64,000 nucleotides of DNA from Candidatus Methanomethylophilaceae archaeon (GCA_944320495.1 CALUHR010000013.1:256001-320000), one strand, 5' to 3'; shown: positions 30,095-40,437, numbered from the stretch's first letter. Notes: a model not told the origin generated them from the sequence alone. A program made the numbers and translations.

Positions 30095-31366
30095 ATGGTC
30101 ATCAGATACATGCCAAGGACTGCCGATGCGGAGCTGAACCTCGATATGGAGGCAATGGGCGCGGTGCTGATAACTGGTCCTAAATGGTGTGGTAAGACGA
30201 CGACGGCCATGCAGGTCGCCAAGAGCGTGGTCAATGTCGACGATCTCATCATGGACGTTCGGACCAGCGGGATCGAGGAGATAGCTCCAGAGTCGCTTCT
30301 CAGGGGGGAGAGGCCTCATCTCATCGATGAATGGCAGCTCGCTCCCAAGGTGTGGGACCTCGTGAGGAGGGAGGTCGATTCTTCGGGTGAGACGGGGGCG
30401 TTCATACTCACGGGGTCCACGGCGACAGATTTCCGCAAGGTCGTCCATTCAGGTACCGGACGCATAGGGCGTCTTCACATGCGCACCATGAGCCTGTACG
30501 AGAGCGGCGACTCATCTGGGGACGTCAGTCTCGGCTCGCTGTTCCGGACGGGTGACGAAGGCATATCCGGTTATTCCGACTGCGATGCGGAATGCATAGC
30601 GAGGCTGCTGACCCGTGGGGGTTGGCCAGCGGCTATCGGCAAATCGGAGGCGGCGGCCCAGAGGATCGTGGAGGCGTACTGTGAGTCCATGATAGAGGGC
30701 GACGTCAGGTGGCCGGACGGGCACAGGCACAGCCCCGAGAAGATGAGGGCTGTCCTGTCATCGTTGGCGAGGAACAGTGCAACGTCCGCATCACGCTCGA
30801 AGATCCTGGAGGATGTGGAGGGCCACGGGGTCAGGATGCACGAGAACACCTTGGACAACTATATCCGTGATCTGAAGAAGACGTTCGTGATAGAGAACCT
30901 GGATGCCTGGTGCCCGAAGCTCCGTTCCAAGACGTCGGTCAACAGCTCTCCCACGAGACATCTCACGGACCCGGCCATAGCAGCCTGGATGCTGGACGCG
31001 CATCCGGAGGACCTGCTCTCGGACCTCGAGACGTTCGGTCTCCTGTTCGAGTCCATGGCGGTACGCGACCTGAGGTCCTACGCCCAAGCCATAGGGGGAA
31101 AGGTCCATCATTACAGGGACTCCGAGGGCCTGGAGTCCGACACTATAATCCATCTGAACAACGGCAGGTGGGCGGCAGTGGAGATCAAGCTCGGCTCGGA
31201 GGCCGGCATAGAGTCCGGTGCGAAGAGCCTCAGGTCCCTCGAGAGGAAGGTCGATGGGGCGTACCGTAACAAGCTGGCCTTCAAGGCGATAGTGACGGCG
31301 ACCAAGGCGGCCTATACCCGCGACGACGGCATCCACGTCGTTCCGTTGGCATGCCTCAGGCCGTGA
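30095..31366 (+). CDS. AAA_14 / DUF4143 family ATP-binding protein
   Basis: Walker A GPKWCGKTT, LIDEWQ, ILTGS, GLLFES, HYRD...ESD, EIKLG. Confidence 0.88.
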   Translation: MVIRYMPRTADAELNLDMEAMGAVLITGPKWCGKTTTAMQVAKSVVNVDDLIMDVRTSGIEEIAPESLLRGERPHLIDEWQLAPKVWDLVRREVDSSGETGAFILTGSTATDFRKVVHSGTGRIGRLHMRTMSLYESGDSSGDVSLGSLFRTGDEGISGYSDCDAECIARLLTRGGWPAAIGKSEAAAQRIVEAYCESMIEGDVRWPDGHRHSPEKMRAVLSSLARNSATSASRSKILEDVEGHGVRMHENTLDNYIRDLKKTFVIENLDAWCPKLRSKTSVNSSPTRHLTDPAIAAWMLDAHPEDLLSDLETFGLLFESMAVRDLRSYAQAIGGKVHHYRDSEGLESDTIIHLNNGRWAAVEIKLGSEAGIESGAKSLRSLERKVDGAYRNKLAFKAIVTATKAAYTRDDGIHVVPLACLRP

Positions 31367-31369
31367 GCG

Positions 31370-32662
31370 TCACTTCACGGGCTCCCACTTGGCGAGCTCG
31401 TTGACCTTGGACAGGGTCGATCCGCGCTCGATCTCCTCGCGGGTCCTGTTCTCCCTCTCGTGGACGTCTAGCGCGCGGTTCGCGACCTCGACGGCCATCT
31501 CCTTGGGGATGACGATGATGCCGCTCTCGTCGCCGACGATCCAGTCGCCGGTGCGGACCCTCTGTCCTCCCACGATGATCTCGATACCGATGCCGCCGTA
31601 GCCCTTCGGCTCCCCGGCGCAAGGCGCGACGGTGCGCGAGAATGCGGGGAACCCGAGGTCCCTGATGTCGTCGATGTCCCTGACGGCGCCGTCGATGACC
31701 ACGCCGCGGACGCCCATGACCATCGCCGAGTGGGCGGCGAGCTCGCCCCAGACGGCTACGGGCGCCCCTCCGACGTCGATGACGATCACGTCCCCGTCCT
31801 TCGCCCTGTCGATGGCCTCCACGGGCTTCGCCCAGTCGCCGTTGGCCGTCTGGACGGTGAGCGCCCTGCCGACCATCTTCTGCTTATGTTTGAGGGACTG
31901 TGGGACTATGCCGAACATGACGCCCTGCTTGTGGAAGGCGTCGGAGATGTTGCAGGTGGAGACCCTCGAGAAGGCCTCGAACAGGTCCTCTTCGGAATAT
32001 TTCCTGGCGAGGTCGGTGTCTACCTTCGCGCCGGCCATGGCGCTCCTGATGTCGCGGGCGGCGGCGGGGATGTCGGACGTCTTGATGATGGCCCCTCCGA
32101 CGATGACGTCCGAGGCACCTGCCTCGACGTACTCTCCAGCGTTCTCGGCGGTGATTCCGCCGGCGACCGCCACGGGGATGGAGACCTCGGATACGATCCT
32201 CCTGAGGATGTCCACCGGGGGCTCCTCGCCCCTCATCTGGGTGTCGATGCCCATGTGCATGCACACATACGACGCCCCGAGCTCCTGGACGCGCTTCGCG
32301 CGGGCGACACGGTCCGGCACGTTGATGAGGTCCACCATTACCTCCGCCCCGTACTTCCTTCCAGCCATGACGGCCTCCTCGATGGTGGCGTCGTCGGCGA
32401 GACCGAGGACGGTGACGATGTCCGCGCCGGCCTTGGCCATGATCTCCACCTCGAACGAGCCGGTGTCCATGGTCTTGGTGTCCGCGATGATCTTGAGCGA
32501 GGGGAACTCCCTCCTCAGTGCGCGGACCGCCTCGGCCCCCTCGCTCTTGATCAGCGGGGTGCCAGCCTCGATCCAGTCAGCTCCGCCCTCCACCGCCTCG
32601 CGGGCGATGTCTACGGCTCTGTTCAGCTGCATGAGGTCGAGTGCTACCTGTAGGTGGGGCAT
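31370..32662 (-). CDS. hxlA: 3-hexulose-6-phosphate synthase fused to an RraA/HMG-aldolase domain
   Basis: LQVALD, IEAGTPLIKSEG, ADTKTMDTG, VAGGI; C-terminal STCNISDA, VWGELAA, DGAVRD, GDWIVGDESG. Confidence 0.9.
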   Translation of the reverse strand: MPHLQVALDLMQLNRAVDIAREAVEGGADWIEAGTPLIKSEGAEAVRALRREFPSLKIIADTKTMDTGSFEVEIMAKAGADIVTVLGLADDATIEEAVMAGRKYGAEVMVDLINVPDRVARAKRVQELGASYVCMHMGIDTQMRGEEPPVDILRRIVSEVSIPVAVAGGITAENAGEYVEAGASDVIVGGAIIKTSDIPAAARDIRSAMAGAKVDTDLARKYSEEDLFEAFSRVSTCNISDAFHKQGVMFGIVPQSLKHKQKMVGRALTVQTANGDWAKPVEAIDRAKDGDVIVIDVGGAPVAVWGELAAHSAMVMGVRGVVIDGAVRDIDDIRDLGFPAFSRTVAPCAGEPKGYGGIGIEIIVGGQRVRTGDWIVGDESGIIVIPKEMAVEVANRALDVHERENRTREEIERGSTLSKVNELAKWEPVK

Positions 32663-32852
32663 GTGCGAAGCATCGGACGCCGATTATATACCGATGTCCC
32701 CGGAGAAGTGCCACTCAGCTCGCCCGTCTCTCGTCATTGCTCGGCTCGAAGTAACGATCATCACCGTGGCGATGGCGGGCATAAACCCCATTTCTCATAA
32801 CGCTTCCGCGCGATGGTTATATCTGGGAGCGGGAAATCGTCGTTCCGATACC

Positions 32853-33335
32853 ATGTTCGGCAGGAAGCAGTCCAAGGTCAAGACCCGCATCCTCTTCGTC
32901 GAGGCCAAGAACGACTTCGCCTCGCAGATGGCGGAGTACTTCACGAGGCAGCTCTACGACGGCATGTACGATGCGTACAGCGCCGGGCCCGAGAAGGACA
33001 TCGTGGACTGCGACATGATCACCGCCATGTACGAGAGCGGGGAGGACATCAGGAGGCAGATCTCCAAGGACTTCAAGGACCGCGACTTCCTCAGGGAGGA
33101 CGAGGAGTACGACGTCGTGGTCTACATGGACCGCCCCACGTTCGAGGAGTGGTCCGGACGCACCCCCTGGAAGGGCAAGCAGATGCTCGCCGTCGTGAAG
33201 CAGCGCTCCGAGTTCACCGCCACCGACGACGCCGAGCTCTTCGACGAGTACGTCGCCTGCATGAACGAGGTGAAGGCCTGGGTCGAGGAGAACCTCGCCG
33301 ACCCCGAGAAGCTCAAGTCGATGGTCACCGCATGA
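32853..33335 (+). CDS. ArsC / LMW-PTP-like fold protein, catalytic Cys motif degenerate
   Basis: RILFVEAKNDFASQMAEYF...AYSAG...EDI..Q.SK resembles the LMWPc fold; CX5R is absent. Confidence 0.6.
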   Translation: MFGRKQSKVKTRILFVEAKNDFASQMAEYFTRQLYDGMYDAYSAGPEKDIVDCDMITAMYESGEDIRRQISKDFKDRDFLREDEEYDVVVYMDRPTFEEWSGRTPWKGKQMLAVVKQRSEFTATDDAELFDEYVACMNEVKAWVEENLADPEKLKSMVTA

Positions 33336-33862
33336 TCCCGGTCATCGTCTACGACGAGTGTCAGTGCGACCCCAAGAAGTGCACCGCGAAGCGGATGCTC
33401 AAGTTCGGCCTCGCCAAGGAGGCGAAGACCCTCGGATCGATACCACGCGGATCCGTCGTCCTCTCGCCGTTCTCCGACAGGGCGCTCTCGCCTGCGGACA
33501 TACAGCACGCGAGGCGCGGTCTGGTCGTCATGGATCTGACATGGGCGAACATCGACGGGTTCCCCAGGCTCAAGCACGCGGAGGAGAGGGCCCTGCCGTA
33601 TCTGCTCGCCTCCAACCCGATCAACTGGGGCCGTCCCATGGAGCTGAACAGCGCCGAGGCCGTGATGGCCGCTCTGTACATCCTCGGCGAGAAGGACCAG
33701 GCGGCGGAGTTCCTGGGCAGGTTCAACTGGGCCCCGGAGTTCATGAGGCTCAACGGGAACATGCTCGAGGACTACTCCAAGGCGAAGGACAGCACCGAGG
33801 TCGTGAGGATCCAGGGCGAGTATCTGGAGTCGATCGTGGGCGGTCCGGAGAACCCGGAGCGA
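33332..33862 (+). CDS. tsr3: 16S rRNA aminocarboxypropyltransferase Tsr3 (DUF367)
   Basis: QCDPKKCTAKR, VLSPFS, MDLTW, RALPYLLASNPINWG, LNSAEA. Ends ...PENPE-CGA(33860-33862); standard-code end 34003 overlaps the ferredoxin. Confidence 0.92.
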
Positions 33863-33900
33863 TCGCGAAGTCGAAATTCTGACAGAAGGTTGGGGTTTGT

Positions 33901-33920
33901 GCCCGCCCTCGCGGGCGGGC
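33901..33920. terminator. Perfect 8-bp hairpin between convergent tsr3 and ferredoxin
   Basis: gcccgccc-tcgc-gggcgggc; intergenic only if tsr3 ends at CGA. Confidence 0.6.
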
Positions 33921-33929
33921 GTTGCAATC

Positions 33930-34097
33930 TCAGTCGGAGATGGCGCTGGAGGGGCACTCGTCGACGCAGGCTCCGCAGTCGACGCACTTTCCGGCGTCGA
34001 TGACGGCGATGTCGTCGCAGGTGATGGCGCCCTCGGGGCACACATCGACACAGGCTCCACACGCAACGCACTCGGACTCATTGACTACTGCTACCAT
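33930..34097 (-). CDS. 2x[4Fe-4S] ferredoxin (55 aa)
   Basis: CVACGACVDVCP and CVDCGACVDECP; ATG 34097. Confidence 0.95.
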   Translation of the reverse strand: MVAVVNESECVACGACVDVCPEGAITCDDIAVIDAGKCVDCGACVDECPSSAISD

Positions 34098-34398
34098 TTT
34101 TATGGCCTCGGAGGAAAAACCGACGAGGGGGTATAAAAGGCCGATGGATTTCCAGTTAGGTACGGTTAAAACAGGCCGATTTTTGTTAGGATGTATTAAC
34201 TCCGCCAGACGGGACATCCCGGACGTCTGGCTATGTGTCCCGAACGCCCTCCGCCTCCCCGATCGGGCGCCGATGCGGGGCCTCCGGGATGCGGACCCCC
34301 TAAACGCGTTCTCGGAAACGCCTCTCCGCGCGGTCCCGGAGGAGCGCTCCGACGGCCCCCGGATACCTTTATTTCAGATGGGCCCATCGTCCGGCGCT

Positions 34399-34635
34399 AT
34401 GAGCGGAGACGACCTTCTGAGGATGATATGGGACGCCCTCGGAGCCGATCAGGTGACCACGAAAGAGGCCACCGACAGGCTGGAGCAGGCGTTCGGCTAC
34501 AGGTGTCCGGACGACCTCGCAAAGACGTTCATGAAGTTCCGGAAGGAGGGCCTAATCAAGGGCCAGATCTCCATGGACCGCGGAGGATGGGTCTGGTGGG
34601 TCGACGACGAGTGCCGCTCCAGGAGGTCGCTCCGA
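34399..34635 (+). CDS. Small hypothetical protein (78 aa, possible winged helix) coupled to mcm
   Basis: MSGDDLLRMIWDALG...WVWWVDDECRSRRSL-CGA(34633-34635) overlapping the mcm ATG; standard-code end 34713. Confidence 0.7.
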
Positions 34636-36731
34636 TGGCGTCCAACTACCAGGACGAGGACATCCAGGCCGCGTGGGGCGACGTGTTCTCCCGCGACAAG
34701 TACCGCATCATGATCTCCTGCATCGCGGACAACTACCCGCAGAAGAAGAGCGTCAGGGTCGATTACGCGGACATCAACGCCGTGAGCGTGGACTTCGCGA
34801 TGTTCCTGCTCGACGAGCCCGACCGCTGCATCGAGATCGCCCGCAAGACCGTGATGTCCCTGGTCCCGAACATCAACCGCCCGGGCGACATGATCAATGT
34901 CAGAATCTACAACCTGCCCAGGGACGCGAAGGTCGACATCCGCAACCTCCGCGCCGACCACCTCCGCAGACTGGTCGCGGTGGAGGGTCTGGCGAGGAAG
35001 GTCACCACCGTCAGGCCGAGGATGACACACGCGCTGTTCAGATGCGCCAGGTGCGGCGCCGAGATCTGGGTCGAGCAGCCCGGCATGATGCTCAGAGAGC
35101 CCATGATGTGCACCAACCCGGACGGCGGATGCAACAAGCAGTCCACCCGCTTCATCATCGACGAGAAGGAATCTGTGTACATCGACACCCAGAAGATCGA
35201 GATACAGGAGAGCCCCGAGGGTCTGCGCGGGGGAGCGCAGCCGGAGAGGATCACCGGGTATGTGGAGGATGACATCGCGGGCGAGGTCACCGCCGGTAAC
35301 AGGGTCACCCTGAACGGGATCCTGCGCTCCGCGGAGAAGTCCGAGAGGGACAAGTCCACGGTGTTCGACATCTACCTCGACGTGATCTCGGTGGAGTTCG
35401 AGCAGCACGAGTACGACGAGATCGTGATCACCGACGAGGACGAGAAGAAGATCCGGGAGATGTCCAGGGATCCCGACCTCTACGACAACATCGTCCGCTC
35501 CATCTCGCCGTCCATCTACGGTCTGGACTCGGTCAAGAAAGCCATCGCCCTGCAGCTCTTCGGAGGATGCCACAAGGAGATGGACGACGGGACCGTGATG
35601 AGAGGGGACATGCACATCCTGCTCATCGGGGACCCCGGAGTCGCGAAGTCGCAGCTGCTGAGGTACATGAGCTCACTCGCTCCGCGCGGAATCTACGCGT
35701 CGGGAAAGTCCGCGTCCGCGGCCGGTCTGACCGCCGCGGCGGTGAGGGACGACTTCGGCGACGGCAGGTGGACCCTCGAGGCAGGAGCGCTGGTCCTGGC
35801 GGACAAGGGCCTGGCATGCATCGACGAGCTGGACAAGATGACCGATCAGGACCGCTCCTCGCTGCACGAGGCCATGGAGTCCCAGAGGATCTCCGTGGCG
35901 AAGGCGGGGATCACCGCCACGCTGCAGTGCAGGTGCTCCATGCTGGCGGCGGCGAACCCCAAGTACGGGAGGTTCGAGGAGGACACGCCCATCGCCGACC
36001 AGATCGACCTGCCCCCGGCGCTGATGTCCCGTTTCGATCTGATATTCGTACTCACCGACAAGCCGGACAAGAAGAAGGACACGGCCATCACGGAGCACAT
36101 CCTGAACGCCCACCAGCGCGGGCAGGTCAGGATGATGCACGAGGGGGAGTCCGTCCCCGGCATCAACGCGAAGAAGGTCCTGGAGGAGACCGACGCCATC
36201 CGTCCGGTGTACGAGCAGGAGATGCTCAGGAAGTACGTCGCCTACTCCAAGAGGATCACGCCCATCATGACTGAGGAGGCCAAGAACATCATCGAGTCGA
36301 GCTTCCTAAGGATAAGGGGCATGGGCAGCGGCGGGAACTCGGTCCCGATCACCGCCAGGCAGCTGGAGGCCTTCGTCCGCCTGTCAGAGGCGTCGGCCAA
36401 GATGAGGCTCAGCCGTGTGGTGTCCGACGTGGACGCCAACCGCGCGGTGGACCTGGTGGAGGAGTACCTCAGGAGGATCGCGGGCAACGACGAGGGCGGC
36501 TTCGACATCGACAAGATCGCATCCGGTATCAGCTCCAAGGACCGCAGCAAGATCGACGTGGTCCGCTCCATCTTCAGGGAGTTCGGTGCGGACGGCCTGA
36601 ACATGGACGAGGCGATCCAGCACGGCCTGTCCAAGGGACTGCAGGAGACCGACGTCTCTAGGGCGGTCAAGCAGCTGCACGACGCGGGGGAGATTTTCAA
36701 GAGCCCGAACGGCACTTACAAGCTGGCGTGA
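34635..36731 (+). CDS. mcm: Replicative helicase MCM
   Basis: Zn finger CARC...C...C, IGDPGVAKSQLL, IDELDKM, SRF arginine finger, ITARQLE; AGGAGG RBS at 34621. Confidence 0.97.
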   Translation: MASNYQDEDIQAAWGDVFSRDKYRIMISCIADNYPQKKSVRVDYADINAVSVDFAMFLLDEPDRCIEIARKTVMSLVPNINRPGDMINVRIYNLPRDAKVDIRNLRADHLRRLVAVEGLARKVTTVRPRMTHALFRCARCGAEIWVEQPGMMLREPMMCTNPDGGCNKQSTRFIIDEKESVYIDTQKIEIQESPEGLRGGAQPERITGYVEDDIAGEVTAGNRVTLNGILRSAEKSERDKSTVFDIYLDVISVEFEQHEYDEIVITDEDEKKIREMSRDPDLYDNIVRSISPSIYGLDSVKKAIALQLFGGCHKEMDDGTVMRGDMHILLIGDPGVAKSQLLRYMSSLAPRGIYASGKSASAAGLTAAAVRDDFGDGRWTLEAGALVLADKGLACIDELDKMTDQDRSSLHEAMESQRISVAKAGITATLQCRCSMLAAANPKYGRFEEDTPIADQIDLPPALMSRFDLIFVLTDKPDKKKDTAITEHILNAHQRGQVRMMHEGESVPGINAKKVLEETDAIRPVYEQEMLRKYVAYSKRITPIMTEEAKNIIESSFLRIRGMGSGGNSVPITARQLEAFVRLSEASAKMRLSRVVSDVDANRAVDLVEEYLRRIAGNDEGGFDIDKIASGISSKDRSKIDVVRSIFREFGADGLNMDEAIQHGLSKGLQETDVSRAVKQLHDAGEIFKSPNGTYKLA

Positions 36732-37024
36732 ACATGTTCGTTAGAGTCCACACACACGGAGAGGAGAGGATCGTCGCCGCATGCGACGAGGACATCGTCG
36801 GCATGACGTTCGCCGGCGGGGGAGCGAAGATCACGGTCCACGAGGACTTCTACGTGGGCGAGTCGCTCCTGGAGGAGGCCTTCGTCGAGAGGCTCAGGAT
36901 AGCCACGATCATCAACCTCACCGGCAACGGCGTCGTCGACATCGCCGTCCGCGAGGGGTTCGTCAGCCCCGAGGCGGTCATGGAGATCGGCGGGGTCAAG
37001 CATGCACAGGCGGTGCTGATGTGA
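36728..37024 (+). CDS. DUF424 family protein
   Basis: IVAACDEDIVG...FYVGE...INLTGNGVVDIA; alternative ATG 36734. Confidence 0.85.
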   Translation: MNMFVRVHTHGEERIVAACDEDIVGMTFAGGGAKITVHEDFYVGESLLEEAFVERLRIATIINLTGNGVVDIAVREGFVSPEAVMEIGGVKHAQAVLM

Positions 37025-38049
37025 ACTTCTGCGTCAAGTGCGGCGAGGAGTGCGAGGAGTCCATCGACGGGCTCTGCATATCATGCTGGCTGGACGGCAG
37101 GAGGCTGGTCGACCTGCCGCACCACGTGGACCTCCACGTGTGCGCCAACTGCGGTGAGTACGACTTCGGCGGCAGGTGGGTCAGGAGGGACCCCATGGTC
37201 GCCATACAGGACGCGGCAGCCGATGCGGTCATGATCGTCAAGGGCGCCGACGTCACGTCCATATCGACGTCGGTCGAGGAGCAGGACCCGCGCACCTTCG
37301 TGGTGACCGTCCACGCCGGCTGCGACGTCATGGGCTACCCGGCCGACGGCGAGGCGTCCACCATAGTCAGGGTCAAGAACACGGTGTGCAGGCGCTGCTC
37401 CAGACAGCTCGGTAGCTACTACGAGGCCATCCTGCAGATCCGCTCCGCCTCCGGGAAGCTGGAGGATGCCATGCGCGAGGAGGCGCTGGCCATGACCGAG
37501 AACTCCGTCGCCCGCCAGGCGGCCACCAACAGGCAGCTGTTCATCACCAAGATGGAGCTGGTCCCGGGCGGTGTGGACGTGTACCTCTCGTCGATATCCC
37601 TCGGGAAGGCCATAACCAAGGAGCTCGGCGACGCGTTCTGCGCCGAGACGAAGGAGTCCCCCAAGCTGGTCGGCCAGACCACCGACGGCCAGGACATGTA
37701 CCGCCTGACGTACCTCGTCCGCCTGCCCGACTTCAAGGTCGGCGACGTCGTCACCTTCCAGGGCGGATACTACCTCCTGTCGAGGCTCAACGGCACCGGC
37801 GGGAAGATCGTGAACCTCGCCGACTTCAGGGAGCGCTCGGTCCGCAGGTCGGACATGACGTCCGTCAAGCTCTACGAGAGGTCCGAGGACCTCCGCGAGG
37901 CGACCGTGGTGAGCACGTCCGGATCGGAGATCCAGGTGCTGGACCCGTCGAACTACTCGACCGTGGACCTCAGGGTTCCCGAGGGCGTCGAGATAGGCGA
38001 TTCCGTCCGTGTCGTGAGCATCGACGACGTCCTCTACATGGTCCCCTGA
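37021..38049 (+). CDS. nmd3: NMD3-related protein
   Basis: FCVKCG...LCISC, CANC, CRRC...YYEAILQIR, GGVDVYLSS. Confidence 0.92.
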   Translation: MNFCVKCGEECEESIDGLCISCWLDGRRLVDLPHHVDLHVCANCGEYDFGGRWVRRDPMVAIQDAAADAVMIVKGADVTSISTSVEEQDPRTFVVTVHAGCDVMGYPADGEASTIVRVKNTVCRRCSRQLGSYYEAILQIRSASGKLEDAMREEALAMTENSVARQAATNRQLFITKMELVPGGVDVYLSSISLGKAITKELGDAFCAETKESPKLVGQTTDGQDMYRLTYLVRLPDFKVGDVVTFQGGYYLLSRLNGTGGKIVNLADFRERSVRRSDMTSVKLYERSEDLREATVVSTSGSEIQVLDPSNYSTVDLRVPEGVEIGDSVRVVSIDDVLYMVP

Positions 38050-38088
38050 ATCGACTGTTCCAAATACGGTCGGGCCGTTAGCCCGGCC

Positions 38089-38958
38089 ATGATAAAGCTT
38101 CCCGAGCCGGTGGACCAGGTCGTAGTCAACCTTCTCCGTCTGGCCAACACCAAGATCCCTGAGGACATCGGCTGGGCGCTGGAGGCGGCCGGCATGTGGG
38201 AGAACAACCCCGTCGCCTACACCCAGATCGGCGCCATCATGGACAACCTGAAGAAGGCCGAGCACATGGGAAGGCCGATGTGCCAGGACACCGGCATACC
38301 CGTCTTCTACGTCTGCGGGAGGTTCGACTCCTCCATCGCGGCCCAGATCGCCAAGGGCGTCGAGCGCGCCACCGCGGAGATCCCGCTCAGGCCGAACACC
38401 GTCGACCCCCTCACGAGGGAGAACCACGGCTCCAACCTGGGTCCAGGCATGCCGATCATCCACTACATCCCCGAGGAGGGGGACTTCACGGAGATCACCG
38501 TCCTGCCCAAGGGCGCCGGCTCCGAGAACATGACCCGCCTGGGCATGCTGAACCCCTCCGACGGCGTTCAGGGCGTGGAGGACTTCATAGTCGACGCCGT
38601 CCTGGACGCGGGCGGACGCCCCTGCCCCCCGACCGTAATCGGCGTGGGCATCGGCGGCATGTCCGACACCTGCGCCGAGATGGCGAAGATGGCGCTGGCC
38701 TGCCCGCTCGACGTGGAGAACCCCGACAAGACCCTCCGCGAGATGGAGGAGCGCATATTCGTGAGGCTCAACAAGTCCGGCCTCGGGCCCATGGGGCTCG
38801 GGGGCGCGACAACCTGCCTCGGCGTGAGGATCAAGAAGGCGGCCTGCCACACGGCCAGCCTCCCCGTGGCCGTCAGCATCGGATGCTGGGCCACCAGGCG
38901 CGCGTCCGCAAGGATAACGGATCACGGAGTGGAGTATGCCCAGGGGGCGGTCCTGTGA
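38089..38958 (+). CDS. Fe-S hydro-lyase (fumarate hydratase / tartrate dehydratase) alpha subunit
   Basis: PMCQDTG, LRPN, PKGAGSEN, GRPCPP, GLGPMGLGG, CHTA. Confidence 0.92.
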   Translation: MIKLPEPVDQVVVNLLRLANTKIPEDIGWALEAAGMWENNPVAYTQIGAIMDNLKKAEHMGRPMCQDTGIPVFYVCGRFDSSIAAQIAKGVERATAEIPLRPNTVDPLTRENHGSNLGPGMPIIHYIPEEGDFTEITVLPKGAGSENMTRLGMLNPSDGVQGVEDFIVDAVLDAGGRPCPPTVIGVGIGGMSDTCAEMAKMALACPLDVENPDKTLREMEERIFVRLNKSGLGPMGLGGATTCLGVRIKKAACHTASLPVAVSIGCWATRRASARITDHGVEYAQGAVL

Positions 38959-39521
38959 CCAACCTCGTCACGCCGCTCACCGAGGAGACCGTCAGGTCCC
39001 TCAGGCTCGGGGACACCGTGTTCGTGAACGGGCCCATCGTCACCGGCAGGGACGAGGCGCACATCAGGGCGCTGGGGCTGAGGGCCGAGGGGAAGGAGAC
39101 CCCTCCGCAGCTGGACGGATGCGTCCTCTACCACTGCGGGCCGATCATGAGGCAGACCGAGGACGGATGGCAGGTCGTGGCGGCCGGGCCCACCACCTCC
39201 GCCAGGATGAACCGCCTCGAGCCCGAGATGATCCGCGAGTTCGGCATCAGGGCGATCATCGGGAAGGGCGGCATGTCGGCAGAGGTCGCGGAGGCCATGC
39301 GCGAGTGCGGGTGCGTCTATCTCGCGGCCACCGGCGGTGCCGCGGTGTCCCTCGCCGAGGGTCTGGGCGCCTGCACGGGCGTGGAATGGCTGGATCTCGG
39401 GATGGCCGAGGCACTCTGGAGCTTCCGCGCGGACCGTCTCGGGCCTCTGATCGTCGCGATGGACGCCGAGGGCAACAGCCTCTACGAGCAGGTCCGCGGC
39501 TCCCTGGTCAGGGACGCTCGA
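38955..39521 (+). CDS. Fe-S hydro-lyase beta subunit
   Basis: TGRDEAH, YHCGP, AGPTTSARM, IIGKGGM, PLIVAMDAEG. Ends ...LVRDA-CGA(39519-39521); standard-code end 39548. Confidence 0.92.
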
Positions 39522-40437
39522 TCTCGTCCTCTTCCTCGTACTGGCTGATGTCGTCCACGACCACGATGCCCGAGTCGGGCATCCTGGACTTGCGGATCAG
39601 GAGCAGCACGGCGAGCAGGACGGCCCCGGTGAGGACCATGCCCAGCGCCAGCATGGCGTGGGGCATGTCCAGCCCTCCGAGGAAGTCTATGCCGAAGTCG
39701 TTGGGGGAGATCTCGAGCCTCACCGGTGTCCCATCGGACGTGCTGGCGGTAATCTCCTCCGATGACGAGAACCCGTTGCAGGATGCCGTGAGGACGTAGC
39801 TGCCGTAGGGGAGTTTAATCTCGAAGTACCCCTCCGCGTCCGTCGTGGCGGTGTACTGCCTGCCCTCGGGGGTATGCGCGATGACGGTGGCCCCCTCGAT
39901 GCCCCTGCCGGTCTCCGAGGACCTGACGGTGCCGTAGACGGTGCCCTCGGTCAGGGCCATCGCGACGGGGTTGGCCGAGGACCCGTCCCCGGTCAGGGCG
40001 TACTTGCCCTCTTCGTCGGGATTGACGCCAGAGATGTCGAAGGACACGATGTTCTTGTCCGAACTGCCTTCCACGGTGGCCATCGTCCCGGGCAGCGTCC
40101 TGACCATGTATCCAGTGAGTTCGAAGTGGATGTACGCCGCGCCCGAATCGGCGGCGTAGGTGAACTCGAACCTCCCGGAGTCGTCGGTGTGGGTGGAGGC
40201 GAGGACCCCCATGTCGGCGTCCAGGAGCTCGACCAGCACATCGGCCAGGGGCACGTTCTTCTCCTGGCCCGAGATGTTCGAGACGTAGCCGTAGATGGTG
40301 TACTCGGTCGGGGGCTCCGGTCCGGGGTCCTCCCCGCCCTCGTCGGCGCCTATGTCCGATCCAGCGGCGGACACCGGCTGGACCAGCAGGGCGATTGCCA
40401 GAATCGCGGCGATCACCAGAATGACATCGCGCCTCAT
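39508..40437 (-). CDS. Secreted, membrane-anchored protein with carboxypeptidase-regulatory-like (beta-sandwich) domains
   Basis: Signal peptide; two repeats of the type T.YG.V...VPLADV/IEGATV...TDD/AEG.F; C-terminal TM. Confidence 0.75.
   Translation of the reverse strand: MRRDVILVIAAILAIALLVQPVSAAGSDIGADEGGEDPGPEPPTEYTIYGYVSNISGQEKNVPLADVLVELLDADMGVLASTHTDDSGRFEFTYAADSGAAYIHFELTGYMVRTLPGTMATVEGSSDKNIVSFDISGVNPDEEGKYALTGDGSSANPVAMALTEGTVYGTVRSSETGRGIEGATVIAHTPEGRQYTATTDAEGYFEIKLPYGSYVLTASCNGFSSSEEITASTSDGTPVRLEISPNDFGIDFLGGLDMPHAMLALGMVLTGAVLLAVLLLIRKSRMPDSGIVVVDDISQYEEEDEIERP

Noticed and set aside
31370-32662. HPS-RraA fusion as a novelty
   Set aside because: This fusion is already known in methanogenic archaea.
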